Assembly (NCBI GenBank): GCA_951406725.2
Contig: OX597836.1
Span: forward strand, 39,308,001 to 39,372,000
DNA length: 64,000 nucleotides
Reading direction: 5' to 3'
DNA from: Octopus vulgaris
Lineage: Eukaryota
Made by a program: the position numbers and the translations under genes. Under the pieces are notes generated by a model. It saw only the letters and a list, made by a program, of their open reading frames with translations, did no database searches and was not told the origin of the DNA. This document shows positions 23,101 to 34,011 of the stretch, piece by piece. Numbering within the stretch: position 1 is the stretch's first letter; each line of letters opens with the position of its first letter.

Positions 23101-24738
23101 GAAAACCATCCGAACATGGCCGTAGCCAGTACCGCATCGACTGGCCTCCGTGCTGTGGGCACGTAACAAACACCATCCGATCGTGGCCGTTTGCCAGCCT
23201 TATCTGGCACCTGTGTCGGTGGCACATAAAAACACCATCCGAGCTTGGCCGTCTGCCAGCCTCGTCTGGCACCTGTGTCGGTGGCACATAAAAACACCAT
23301 CCGAGCGTGGCCGTCTGCCAGCCTCGTCTGGCACCTGTGTCGGTGGCACATAAAATCACCCACTACACTCTCGGAGTGGTTGGAGTTAGGAAGGGCATCC
23401 AGCTGTAGAAACACTGCCAGATCTGACTGGACTGGTGCAGCTTTCGGGCTCCCCAGACCCCAGTTGAACCGTCCAACCCATGCTAGCATGGAAAGCGGAC
23501 GTTAAATGATGATGATGATGATGATGATGACATTGACCCCAGTGTGTAACTGGTACTTAATTTATCGACCCCGAAAGGATGAAAGGCAAAGTCGACCTCG
23601 GCGGAATTTGAACTCACAACTAAGCATTTCGCCCGGGGTGCTAACATTTCTGCCAGCTCACCGCCTTGGAAAAGATATCTTCTATCTTGCTATCTTTTAC
23701 TTGTTTCAGTCATTGGACTGCGGCCATACTGGGGCATTGCCTTGAAGAACTTTTACTTGAATGGATTGACCCCAGTACATTTTTCTTTTAAGCCTGGTAC
23801 TTATTCTATCGACCCCCCTTTTGCTGAACTGCTAAGTTACAGGGAAGTAAACACACCAATATAGGTGATCAAGTAAATGATTGGGGGGGGGGGGGACAGA
23901 CAGACACATACACATACATCATCATCATCATCATTTAGCATCTGCTTTCCTTGCTGGCATGGGTTGGACAGTTTGAATGAAACTGGTAAGCTGGAGAGCT
24001 GTACCAGGTTCCAAATCTGATTTGGCCTGGTTTCTAAGGCTGAATGTCTTTCTTAATGCCAACCACACCAGGAATGTAATGGGTGCTTTTTTATGCGCCA
24101 CCGGCACAAGTGCCAGTTATGTGACACTGGCATTGGCCACAACTATGATTTCACTTGGCTTGATGAGTCTTCTCAAGCACAGCATATTGCCAATCATCAT
24201 CATCATCATCATCATCATCATTTAGCGTCCGCTTTCCATGCTAGCATGGGTTGGACGGTTTAACTGGGGTCTGGGAAGCCAGAAGGTTGCACCAGGCCCA
24301 GTCTTGATCTGGCAGTGTTTCTACAGCTGGATGCCCTTCCTAACGGCAACCACTCTGTGAGTATAGTGGGTGCTTTTTACGTGCCACCAGCACAGGTGCC
24401 AGACGAGGCTGGCAAACGGCCATGATCAGATGGTGCTTTTTACATGCCACCGGCACGGAGACCAGACGAAGCTGGCATATTAATTTCATTGTTAGAAATG
24501 AAAAATGGTTTTAATAGTTCTTCTTAATTTCTTGATGTCATAATTTGAAGATGAAATTCCATTAATTATCTTCAATGTTTTTCTTACTTTTTTTTCTTTA
24601 GGTTTTGTTGGTGGCAAAATATTGAAAAGACGACGGCAAAGTGTGGCAGAGATGGAAATGAATAACCTGAGCAAGAAAGGGTCGGTATCGCTACCTGATC
24701 TATCCGCAGTTAAAGAAGAAGCTAATCTCAAGGCTTAA
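4992..24738 (+). CDS. STX17: Syntaxin-17 (autophagosomal Qa-SNARE), spliced CDS join(4992-5135,11843-12074,12816-13015,14933-14983,19625-19711,21891-22023,24602-24738); 984 nt, 327 aa
   Basis: All junctions are GT-AG with matching phases. Translation follows STX17 motifs: DLGRLHQHRRNIEK, NAGRTVQQIKANIKELEK, PQDSQAAESWQNL, QQEKID, Gly-rich hairpin TMD PLAGAIVGGIVGGPIG...GGGLIGFVGGK, basic tail KRRR, SLPDL. Confidence 0.96.
5356..5950 (-). repeat. Four tandem ~156-bp units derived from the SINE A head
   Basis: Repeated agaagacacttacccaaggtg...gggactgaacccggaacc...cttaccacacagcc units joined by gacaggcttgtttttgtatcc. Confidence 0.85.
6325..7165 (-). mobile_element. Retroposon family C with (GAT)n tail, clustered copies (also about 18370-18650, 23050-23530, 24200-24475, 32870-33770, 47180-47410, 49705-50000, 53205-53460)
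   Basis: Recurrent catcatcgtttaacgtccgctttccatgctagcatgggttggacg...ctacagctggatgcccttcctaacgccaacc and internal gtgccaccggcacaggtgcc repeats. Confidence 0.85.
8194..9103 (-). mobile_element. R4/Dong-like RLE non-LTR retrotransposon 3' fragment, copy 1 (frameshifted)
   Basis: ORF pieces with KPLHG, AAQDQSL, CRICG knuckle and restriction-like endonuclease RPDIVV...LIDVSIP; 3' end abuts a TAA/TTA repeat. Confidence 0.85.
9251..10250 (-). mobile_element. R4/Dong-like RLE retrotransposon 3' fragment, copy 2, with a nested CR1 tail at about 9811-9870
   Basis: CRICGDGQETINHIIFGCPVLAKKEYIHRHD (CCHC) and RPDIVV..DVSIP..K..KY; near-identical to copy 1. The insert tgtgtacagtgctcaggtgcactacaactca matches 46611-46641. 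Confidence 0.85.
10250..11820. repeat. Compound microsatellite: (TTC)n, then about 1.4 kb of (TTA/TCA)n
   Basis: Directly visible; it produces the poly-I/L/Y/N pseudo-ORFs. Confidence 0.98.
11843..12074 (+). CDS. STX17: STX17 coding exon 2 (YSRLDD...EEESD)
   Basis: ctttctcttcAG acceptor; NAGRTVQQ motif; donor GTCAGT at 12075, phase 1. Confidence 0.93.
12816..13015 (+). CDS. STX17: STX17 coding exon 3 (AEVCDS...ESWQNLKE)
   Basis: Long pyrimidine tract ending ctcAG at 12815; donor GTAAGT at 13016; phases 1 and 0 fit the neighbours. Confidence 0.92.
13068..13765. repeat. Degenerate ~25-bp minisatellite (cactgaacatgttcacagcttcatt) in STX17 intron 3
   Basis: Recurrent GAACATGTTCAC; 13071-13137 is duplicated at 13450-13516. 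Confidence 0.85.
14232..14762. mobile_element. Tc1/mariner-type MITE with six internal ~83-bp tandem units
   Basis: TA TSDs; perfect 26-bp TIR CAGGGTGTCCACAAAGTCTGGGTACA; internal unit cacatactttaagaaattatt...ccatgtacccacatggggattaa. Confidence 0.9.
14933..14983 (+). CDS. STX17: STX17 coding exon 4 (NLVDLNQMVHDFSSLVE)
   Basis: tttttcAG acceptor, GTATGT donor; N-terminal half of the SNARE motif. Confidence 0.93.
17545..18190 (+). mobile_element. Unclassified non-coding retroposon-like repeat; second copy at about 62590-63180
   Basis: About 500 nt of near-identity between the two loci (gtcggcgactaaacc...ggagaaggtaactcagg...gccacca); the second copy ends in (TATG)n. Confidence 0.8.
19117..19310. 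repeat. 22-bp tandem repeat (ggaaatagctttagtatgtgtt), about 9 copies
   Basis: Directly visible. Confidence 0.92.
19359..19582. mobile_element. piggyBac-like MITE
   Basis: TTAA on both sides; termini CCCTTTAG...CTAAAGGG; decayed relatives near 4830-4942, 25330-25555, 45100-45290, 49340-49498. Confidence 0.75.
19625..19711 (+). CDS. STX17: STX17 coding exon 5 (NQQEKIDQIEENLETAHDNIQAGAKNLSK)
   Basis: ttAG acceptor, GTACCA donor; contains the SNARE zero-layer Q. Not in the ORF track; read manually. Confidence 0.93.
21891..22023 (+). CDS. STX17: STX17 coding exon 6 (glycine-zipper hairpin transmembrane region)
   Basis: ttccttgcAG acceptor, GTAAGT donor; SAKIKTAMIPLAGAIVGGIVGGPIGFVACAKLGGVAAAMGGGLI. 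Confidence 0.95.
22271..23230. repeat. About three tandem 330-365-bp units of family C sequence nested inside a SINE B copy
   Basis: Units start tgacacttgtgaagacctgttgaggcaagtg near 22271, 22602 and 22966; the SINE B halves are at 22214-22270 and 23533-23665. Confidence 0.8.
24602..24738 (+). CDS. STX17: STX17 last coding exon (GFVGGKILKRRR...NLKA*)
   Basis: T-rich tract and AG ending 24601; TAA stop 24736-24738; AATAAA at 24888-24893. Confidence 0.93.
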
Positions 24739-26090
24739 TTAATAGCTTTGACGAGCGAGCTTTTCATTTCTTACCTCCAAAGCCAATTACCATTCCGCAA
24801 ACATTAGGAAGAATACAGACAACCTTTGTATTCTTGAACTAACTTTGGCATGCTTTCTAATCAACTGAACCTAATTCCAAAGACAAGAATAAAAAAAAAA
24901 AAGGAAACAAAACACAACAAAAATCACACAAAAAAAAACCCCCATCAAAACAAAACAAAACCAACAAATTATTTTGAAGCAGAGGGCAATTATAATTTGG
25001 ATGTCTAAAACTAATTTTACCATTTACTGAAATGCTATTTATTAAATGGCCATTTCAGCCAGAATTATTCAATGGTTTTCCGTAATCTTTACATTTGGAA
25101 TGTAAATATTGCTGTCACTGGAACATCCAGATTCCTTTGTTAAATTTATACCTTAATAATCGCCATATGTTTTCTCAAAAGATACATGGCATTAATGGTC
25201 ATTTTTTCCACCGCCACCATCACCACCACTACCACCACCACCACCACCTCTGTAACTAACCACACTCACACAAACATGACTGATAAAACTTATTAAAAAA
25301 AACAACAAAAAAACATTTGTATTCCTTTTAGCCCTTTAGAATTCAGCTTACTCTGTCTAATGTAATGCTTATTTATTCTCATTGTTTTGGATCAATCATG
25401 CATTGTCTTGTAACCATGAGATTCCGACGATATAACTGTTTATGTTTTCGATGATATTGTAGGTTAGGTGTGAGAGGCTGGATCTAGCCAGTTTGACCAT
25501 AAAACATGTAGACTATTAGGATCAGATATGGTTAGTTTAAATGTTATAGGATTAAACGGGTCACTGGTATAAAGGAAGAATTTGCTGTTAAGTCTCAGTC
25601 ATAGAAGCTCTCCTACAGAATTTAATATAGAATTCAATACACTTACAATGTTTGTATTAATTTCATTGCTAGAGTTGAAAAAGTGGTTTAAGATCTACAA
25701 CAGCCCTAAGGCAGCAAGCTGCCAGAATCATTAGCACGCTAGGCAAAATGGTTAGCACCATTTCGTCCGTCTTTGCATTCTGAATTCAAAATCTGCCAGG
25801 GTTGACTTTGCCCTCAATTACATCACAGAACTGGTGAGAATACTGGTTTCTAATTATGGCACGAGGCTAGCATTTTCAGATTGGGTGAGGTTAGGGTTAG
25901 GGTTATCGATTACATCAACCCCCAGCACTCAACTGCTAGTTATTTTATCAACCCCCGAGAGGATGAAAGCAAGGTCCACCCTCGGCAGAATTTGAACTCA
26001 GAATGTGAAAAGCGGATGAAATGCCACTAAGCATTTTACTTGTCATGCTGACAATTCTACCAGCTTACCATCCAAATAATAATAATAAGG

Positions 26091-26362
26091 ATTCTATTGT
26101 GTCTGGAGAGAGTCATTTTCTTTTTGTGCCTTATTATTTAACAAACTCACCGGTAAAATTTCCATGTTTTTCTTATTTTTATTGTCTTAAAATTTTTGTT
26201 GCGTCTCGCAACCTTTTCAATAACGGACAGAGTCAAAACTATTGAAAAGGTTGTAAGACGCAACGAAAATTTTAGGAAAATGAAAAATAAGAAATTTTAC
26301 CAGTGATTGTGTTACATAATAAGGCACAAAAAGAAAATGACTCTCCCCAGACACAACAGAAT
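26091..26362. repeat. Fold-back inverted repeat with about 130-bp arms, downstream of the STX17 stop
   Basis: attctattgtgtctggagagagtcattttc... pairs with ...gaaaatgactctccccagacacaacagaat; a related single copy lies at about 61000-61100. Confidence 0.8.
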
Positions 26363-26945
26363 ATGCTGCTTCAACACACGAACTCAATATAAAGAATCTT
26401 GCAAACCAAATCCAAAAACGAAAAATAATAATAATAATAATAATAACAATAATAATAATGTTGTTTGTTTTGCAACTAACATTTGCATGTTTAATGTTGT
26501 TTTTATGCTTCTTTTTATTTCATCTTTTAGCAAAGTCAGCCCCTGCTAAGCTTCATATCAATGCTGGGTTTATTGTTCGTTTGCTTGTCAGTAACAGCTG
26601 CTTCTTGCTAGCTTAGATTTTATTTTCATCCATCCCAGCTCAAGTCTCGTTAAATTTTTTCTTGCTTCTACAAATCAAATGATGGTGTCTTGCTGTCACT
26701 ACCACCACCACCACTACTACTACTACTGCTAGTGTTTTCAATATGTAAATGTAAAAGGGTGAATCATATAAGAGTCACAATACTTCCTGAGTCAGCCTTG
26801 TATGTGATTCTGTACATACAAAGAGTGTGAATAGAACTCAAGTGTGCAAAAGTAGAGTCTATATATATTTTTCTTATTTTATTTAAATGTAAAGCTACGT
26901 GAGTGATTTGCAGACTGGGAATTTTATTCATTGCACTTAGCAAAC

Positions 26946-26992
<47 letters not shown>

Positions 26993-27387
26993 AAATATAT
27001 ATATAGTTAAATTTGGAAATAGCTAAATTTTTTGGCTGCTATTTCTAAAAGTTTGGTGTGTGGTAATTTTTTTTGCTGAACCCTAATTATATAAATAATA
27101 TATGTGTGTGTGTGTGTTATTGTGTATAAACAATTTAAGTATTTATACACGAAAGAGGTGACTTTTTGGCGGGACACCTTACATGCTAAAGAGGGCAGTT
27201 GAAGCCGAGACCACGAATAAAAGCAATTTCAAAGGGAATGAAAATAAAAAAAATATTTTTCTAGTTAAATACTTAAATTGTTTATACACTATTATATATG
27301 AAAATGTGTTGTCTATTGACTTTATTAAGCATTCTAGCCACCAGTATGAAAATTTTTCTAAATTTTCTACCCTTATCATTTTCACAG

Positions 27388-27440
<53 letters not shown>

Positions 27441-27459
27441 ATATGCAAGACATGTGTAT

Positions 27460-27660
27460 CGTTGGAAATTTTTTTTTTTCCTCCGTCTTCCCTTCCTTGG
27501 ATCTTTCCTTTTCCTATGTTTCTGACGAAGAGCTCCGCTTGAAACATTAAAATCCTCCTTCTTTCTTTCCTTTCCTGAGCATCCAATAACACTATACTTG
27601 TTCCACGTCCTCGCGTTGTTGTGTTTTCTCTTTGTCTTTTCATGTTTGGATTAACTTTAT
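27460..27660 (+). mobile_element. Penelope-like pseudo-LTR fragment with a hammerhead-like core
   Basis: ttt CTGACGA A GAGC-TCC-GCTT GAAA CAT TA aaa at about 27519-27552, between TA/TG microsatellites. Confidence 0.5.
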
Positions 27661-27717
27661 ATATTTGCAAATATATACAAATATATATAGGTACAAATAT
27701 ATATAGGTTTACATATA

Positions 27718-27758
<41 letters not shown>

Positions 27759-27811
27759 TGCAAATATATACAAATATATATATGTATACATATATTATAT
27801 ATGTATGTATG

Positions 27812-27854
<43 letters not shown>

Positions 27855-28046
27855 AAATATATACAAATATATATATGTATACATACATATATATATGTAT
27901 ATATACAAACATATGTATATATATATATATACATATATGTTTGTATATATACATATATATATGTATGTATAGATATATATATATATATATATGTATACAA
28001 ATGTATATATATACAAATGTATATAAATATAAATGTATATATATAT
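27660..28046. repeat. (TA)-rich compound microsatellite
   Basis: Directly visible; source of the YIYI pseudo-ORFs. Confidence 0.95.
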
Positions 28047-28139
28047 GCCAAAGCAGACACTGGGACACAATGCCATCCTTGACTCATCTGTTCTTTGTCA
28101 AACTGTTCAATCCATGCCAGCAACGGAACATGGATATTA

Positions 28140-28177
<38 letters not shown>

Positions 28178-30570
28178 TATATGTCTGTATGTATGTGTGA
28201 GTGCATATATGTGTGTGTATATATTTTTATATCTCTTGTTCCATGCTAACATGGTATGGACGGGAATTCTTAGGGCAATATGGTAATGAATGGATGCCCT
28301 TCCTAGCAGCAACCCTATTTTGTTACCTAATACAATACATTGTGATACATTCTAAAGGCCAGTATATACACGCTATTCTATCTATTTTCGTATTTATTTA
28401 TTTACCTATCTCTCTACCTGTCTGTCTGTCTGTCTGTCTATGCTTGAGATAAAGTTCTTTTCTTATGAATTTCAATCAATAATTCAAAAGCAAAACTATT
28501 TTTTGATTTGTGGAAAGTTAAAATACTATTTGAATGAGGATGACAGCTTTTAGGTCAAGTTTATTTCTTCTACCAAACCTTAGTCACAATTTATGCTCCT
28601 AACATTAGCTTAATGATGACTAAGTTATTTTACTAAATTCTTTGTTATATCTAAAATTAATTGAAAGAAACAGAGCATCTCAAAATAAACACAGTAACGA
28701 AAGGGTTAGGTCCATAAATTTGAATGGAACAGTCCATTAAATCAACCCTAGTAATTGATAGGTATTTTATGCACAGAAGGCGGTGAGCTGGCAGAAATGT
28801 TAGCACGCCGGGCGAAATGTGTAGTCGTATTTCATCTGCCGTTACGTTCTGAGTTCAAATTCTGCTGAGGTTGACTTTGCCTTTCATCCTTTCGGGGTCA
28901 ATTAAATAAGTATTAGTTACACACTGGGGTCAATATAATCGACTTAATCCATTTGTCTGTCCTTGTTTGTCCCCTCTGTGTTTAGCCCCTTGTAGGTAGT
29001 AAAGAAATGGGTATTTCGTCTGCCGCTATGTTCTGAGTTCAAATTCTGCCGAGGTCAACTTTGCCTTTCATCCTTTCGGGGTCGATTAAATGAGTACCAG
29101 TTATGCACTGGAGTTGATATAATCAACTTAATCCATTTGTCTGTCCTTGTTTGTCCTCTCTGTGTTTAGCCCCTTGTGGGTAGTAAAGAAATAGGTGTTT
29201 TATGCACAGAAGGAAACCAAATTAGTGAGCTGATTTCAATCTCTCTTCAAAGCCTGTTCATTTAAATCCCTCTGCTGCTTAAGGCATGAGTATCACTCAG
29301 TCTTATCTCTTTTCTCTCCCCTTGAGGTACACTCCAATTACTTCTACTCACCCTTATATAATGCGAGGTAGCCATGTATCAAGAATTTGTTCCTACCCCT
29401 ACTTTGAAAATTTAACCTTTCAATACCTAACACAAGTGAAGGGACATGGCTCAATGGTTAGAGTGTCAGGCTTACAATCATGAGATAGTGAGTTCAATTC
29501 CTGAACCGGGATGCGTGCTGTGTTCTTGAGCAAGACACTTTATTTCACATTGTTCCAGTTCATGCAGCTGTAGAAATGAGTTGCAACATCACTGGTGCCA
29601 AGCTGTATTTATCTTTGCCTTTCCGTTGGATAACATTGGTGTTTTGGGGAGAAGAGCCTGGTATGCATGGGTGATATCTGGTCATCCGTAAACAACCTTG
29701 CCTGGACTTGTGCCTTGGAGGGGAACTTTCTTGGTGCAATCCCATTGGTCATTCATGACCGAATGGAGTCTTTACCTAGCATAAAGCTCGTTTCCTTCAC
29801 TACTATATTCCAACTCAGTCTAAGGCTCTCTTTATTCTTGCAAGTTACATGGCAACCTCACTAATGCTGGTGCAATGAAAAATGCGCCCAGTACACTCTG
29901 TACAGCGATTGGTGGTTAGAAAAGCATCCAGCCATAGAAACTATACCAAAGCAGACATTGGAACATGGCACTGTCCTCTAACTCATTCGATCCTGTCGAA
30001 CTAGCTACTTTCGTACTTACAGTGAAAGCTATGTTTCACTAACAAGGTCAGAATAAGAATGGAAATATATCTAGAGTTGCCTCCCATTATTTCCAAAATA
30101 GTTGCAACACTGTTAATCATTAACTGGTATTGTTTCTTTTCTTCACTACTTAGATATTTGTAGTTAACACATTCATATTTCCTCTCATTAAGTATATTAA
30201 CACCAACTTAATTACTGATTTCCATACAACTGGTGTGTCTGAGATATTCATTAATATCCTATAACAACTATCATGCACTCTTGTACACATAAATAGTGAA
30301 TCTTTCATCACTACATTAGTAATGAAAGACAAGCATAAATATGGTGACATTTATGCTTTCCTGATGAGGTCATAATAGTGAAACATGTCCAGAGTTGTCT
30401 CTCATACATGTTGAAATAAATAATACTAGTCATTGACTGATAATGTTTGTCCCCACTAAAGGTGCACCATTTCTCTGTTGAGCATCCTATTAGTCATAAG
30501 TTTAATAGCTTTTCTTCTTGAACTACTGCTTTTTAGAACTGGTGTATCTGAGATATTCATTAATATCCTA

Positions 30571-31268
30571 GTCTGGAGTCTGGAGTCTTTCGTCTACTTG
30601 GGCTCAACAGTGATCCCAAACGGTCAGGGTGCAGCTGAGGTCGATCATCGCATCAATGCTGCTCGATCTGCCTTTGGACGCCTAAAGAGGTGTCTGTGGG
30701 ACCGAAGGGAGATCTCATCGGTGACCAAAGGGCAAATATATCAGGCCGTCGTTCGTACAGTACTTCTCTATGGCTGTGAAACGTGGCCTATGCGAGTGGT
30801 CGATCAACGAAGGCTGGAAGTCTTCGACAATGACTGCCTCCGGTGCATTCTTCGCTGCCGTCGGGTGGATCGAGTTCCCACCGCCAATCTCTGACTTTGC
30901 CTGTCTCTCAGCCCCTTCCATCTGTCCTTCTGCAACGGCACTTGCGGTGGTTTGGCCATGCATGTAGGCGTCCGGTGGGTGAACTGAGCCGTGATGTCCT
31001 TCTCCCAACTCCACTTCCCCAACTGGCGGAAACGCGCAGGCGGGCAGCTGAAGACCTGGGTTATGACAATCAAGGAGGACCTCTCCGTGCTCACGGGACC
31101 GCAGGTGATCGGCCTGCGCCAATGGAACTGTGAGTGGCTCGCTATCTCCAGTGAACTGGCGCAGGACCGTCGTGCGTGGGCTGCCATGGTTCGAGATGCC
31201 CCAAGGGTGGTAGAAGAAGCCGACTCAACCCACCCAGGGTGAATGTCGCCACAAGTACAAATTGTAAG
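30571..31268 (+). mobile_element. 5'-truncated RTE-clade LINE (RT C-terminus and 3' end)
   Basis: LESFVYLGS...RINAARSAFGRL..LW...LLYGCETW...LRWFGH; 12-bp TSD TTTTTAGAACTG at 30530-30541 and 31269-31280. Confidence 0.9.
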
Positions 31269-33979
31269 TTTTTAGAACTGATTACCATCACCTTATTTTC
31301 ACCTGGTCTATGATATTCAGCCCTTGAAATTTTCTATCAATTGATATCGCTTGAATTTGTATGCCTCTCCTTTTCTTTTTTTTCTTTTTTTTGTAGACCC
31401 CCTACACTACAAGGACCTCAAAATTATATTTTAAAAAAATGATAATTATATCGGGTCTGAAGACATTCCCCTCTCTCTCTTTCGGAGAGGCACAAGTACC
31501 TACACGCACATATACACACACGGCAGTAACTTCCGAATTCAATCACAAAGCTTCAGTCGGCCTGGGGCTATAGCAGAAGACACTTGCCCAATGTGCCACG
31601 TGGTGGGACTGAACCCAAAACCATACTAGTCAAAATTGTTTACTGTATGAACTGTGAGCACAAGTTATAGAGGGCAACAACTGGTAAGGGCCCAGGAAGT
31701 GTATCTATATGTGTGTATGTATGTATGGATGGATGGATGGATTGATTACTTTATTGGCCACACAGGGCTAAAATACAAAGTTGAGCTTTTCTTTTTGGGA
31801 AGAAGAGAAGGGGGAAAAGGGTGGGGGACAGATTCTAATCAAAAGGGATTGTGAAAAAAGGGGCGGGAATTCCGATCAAAAGGGATCGCAAAAAAAAAAG
31901 ATAGATAGATAAGCCTGTCATATATATGTATATATATCTATATGTGTGTGTGTGTGTTTGTCCCCCCCAACATCGCTTGATAACCGATGCTGGTGTGTTT
32001 ACATCCCCGTAACTTAGCAGTTTGGCAAAAGAGACTGATAGAATAAGTACTAGGCTTACAAAGAATAAGTTCTGAGGTCGATGTGCTCGACTAAAGGCGG
32101 TGCTCCAGCATGGCCGCAGTCAAATGACTGAAACAAGTGAAAGAGTAAAGAGTAAAGTGATAGATAAATGGGTAGATAAATAGAGGGATAGATATATTTT
32201 AAGAGAGCATGGGGTATATTTAGATTATGTTTTAGATAATAGTTACTTTATGATCTTGTTTTTTATGTAAACCACTGATAATGGTTTCTAATTTAGACAG
32301 AAGGTCAGCATTTTGTGTGGGGGTGGGGGTTGACGTCATTGACCCTCAGTCCTAGGCTGCGACTTGTATCAGAAATAACAATATTGACAAATAATTTTGT
32401 TAGCTTTATGTCTATTTTTCTTTGCTGGTAGGGGTTAGATCAGTGGTTCTCAACCATTTTTTGCTTATGGACCCCTTTGATTCCTAATTTGCTCTACTGG
32501 CCCCTCATATCAATTCACTATTTACATAAAATCCTATTATATTTTTATAATTAGATATTAATAGGAATTACCATATTTTAACATGTATAAGGAACCCTTT
32601 TTTGTCAAAAATAAAGTTAAAAAAATATTGAAAATAAAGTTAAAAAAATATTGAATTGTATTATAATCCCTTACAAAGCCGTTTTTCCAAATTTTAAGCC
32701 CCCATACTTAGTGGGTCCTTATACACGCGGGTTCCTTGCACATGTTAAAATGCTGTATATGTTTTAAAGTTGTTAGAATATTTGGTATGTTGTAGGAGTA
32801 TAACTAATATATTGCATGTAAATTTTAACAGAAATATCTTATATGGACCCTGGTTGAGAGCCACTGGGTTCATCATCATCATCATCATCGTTTAACGTCC
32901 GTTTTCCATGCTAGCACGGGTTGGACGGTTCGACCGGAGTCTGGGAAGCCAGGAGGCTGCGCCAGACTCCAGTCTGATCTGGCAGTGTTTCTACAGCTGG
33001 ATGCCCTTCCATATGCCAACCACTCTGTGAGTGTAGTGGATGGTTTTTACGTGCGACCGGCACAGGTGCCAGGCGATGCTGGCAAACGGCCACAATCGGT
33101 TGGTGGTTTTTACATGCCACCGGCACAGGGACCAGAGGAGGCTGGCAAACGGACATGATCGGTTGGTGCTTTTTACGTGCCACCGGTAGGGAAGCCAGTC
33201 GAGGCGGCGCTGGCAACGGCGACATTCGGATGGTGCTTTTTAAGTGCCAACGTTACTGGTATCACAACTACAATTTCCATTGACTTTTTGATCGATTTCG
33301 ATTTCACTTGCCTCAACAGGTCTTCGGGTGCTTTTTACGTGCTACCGGCACTGGTGCCAGGTGAGGCTGGCAACGGTCACGATCGGTTGGTGCTTTTTAC
33401 GTGCCAACGGCACTGGTATCACAACTACAATTTCCATTGATTTTTTGATCGATTTCACTTGCCTCAACAGGTCTTAGGGTGCTTTTTACGTGCTACCGGC
33501 ACTGGTGCCAGGTGAGGCTGGCAACGGCCACATTCGGATGGTGCTTTTTACGTGCCAACATTACTGGTATCACAACTACAATTTCCATTGATTTTTTGAT
33601 CGATTTCGATTTCACTTGCCTCAACAGGTCTTCGGGTGCTTTTTACGTGCTACCGGCACTGGTGCCAGGTGAGGCTGGCAACGGCCACGATCGGATGGTG
33701 CTTTTTACATGCCAACGGCACTGGTTTCACAACTACAAATTCCATTGATTTTTTTTGATCGATTTCGATTTTGGGTTACATAAATAAATTGCTGAGGCAT
33801 TGTTTTACAGCCAGATGCTCTTTCTGTTGCTAACCTTTACCTATTTTGCAAATAAGGAATCTGTTATTATTTCGCATATCAAATGAGTAAAGCAAGCAAA
33901 GGATTTGTTGGTGGAAGACATCTCAATAACAACACCACTGGTAGCTCATGACTTTCAGAGTGCAAATGTAAACAAACAA

Positions 33980-34011
<32 letters not shown>

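Noticed and set aside
27621-28312. YIYI-type ORFs here and at other (TA)n/(TG)n tracts
   Set aside because: Dinucleotide-repeat artefacts.
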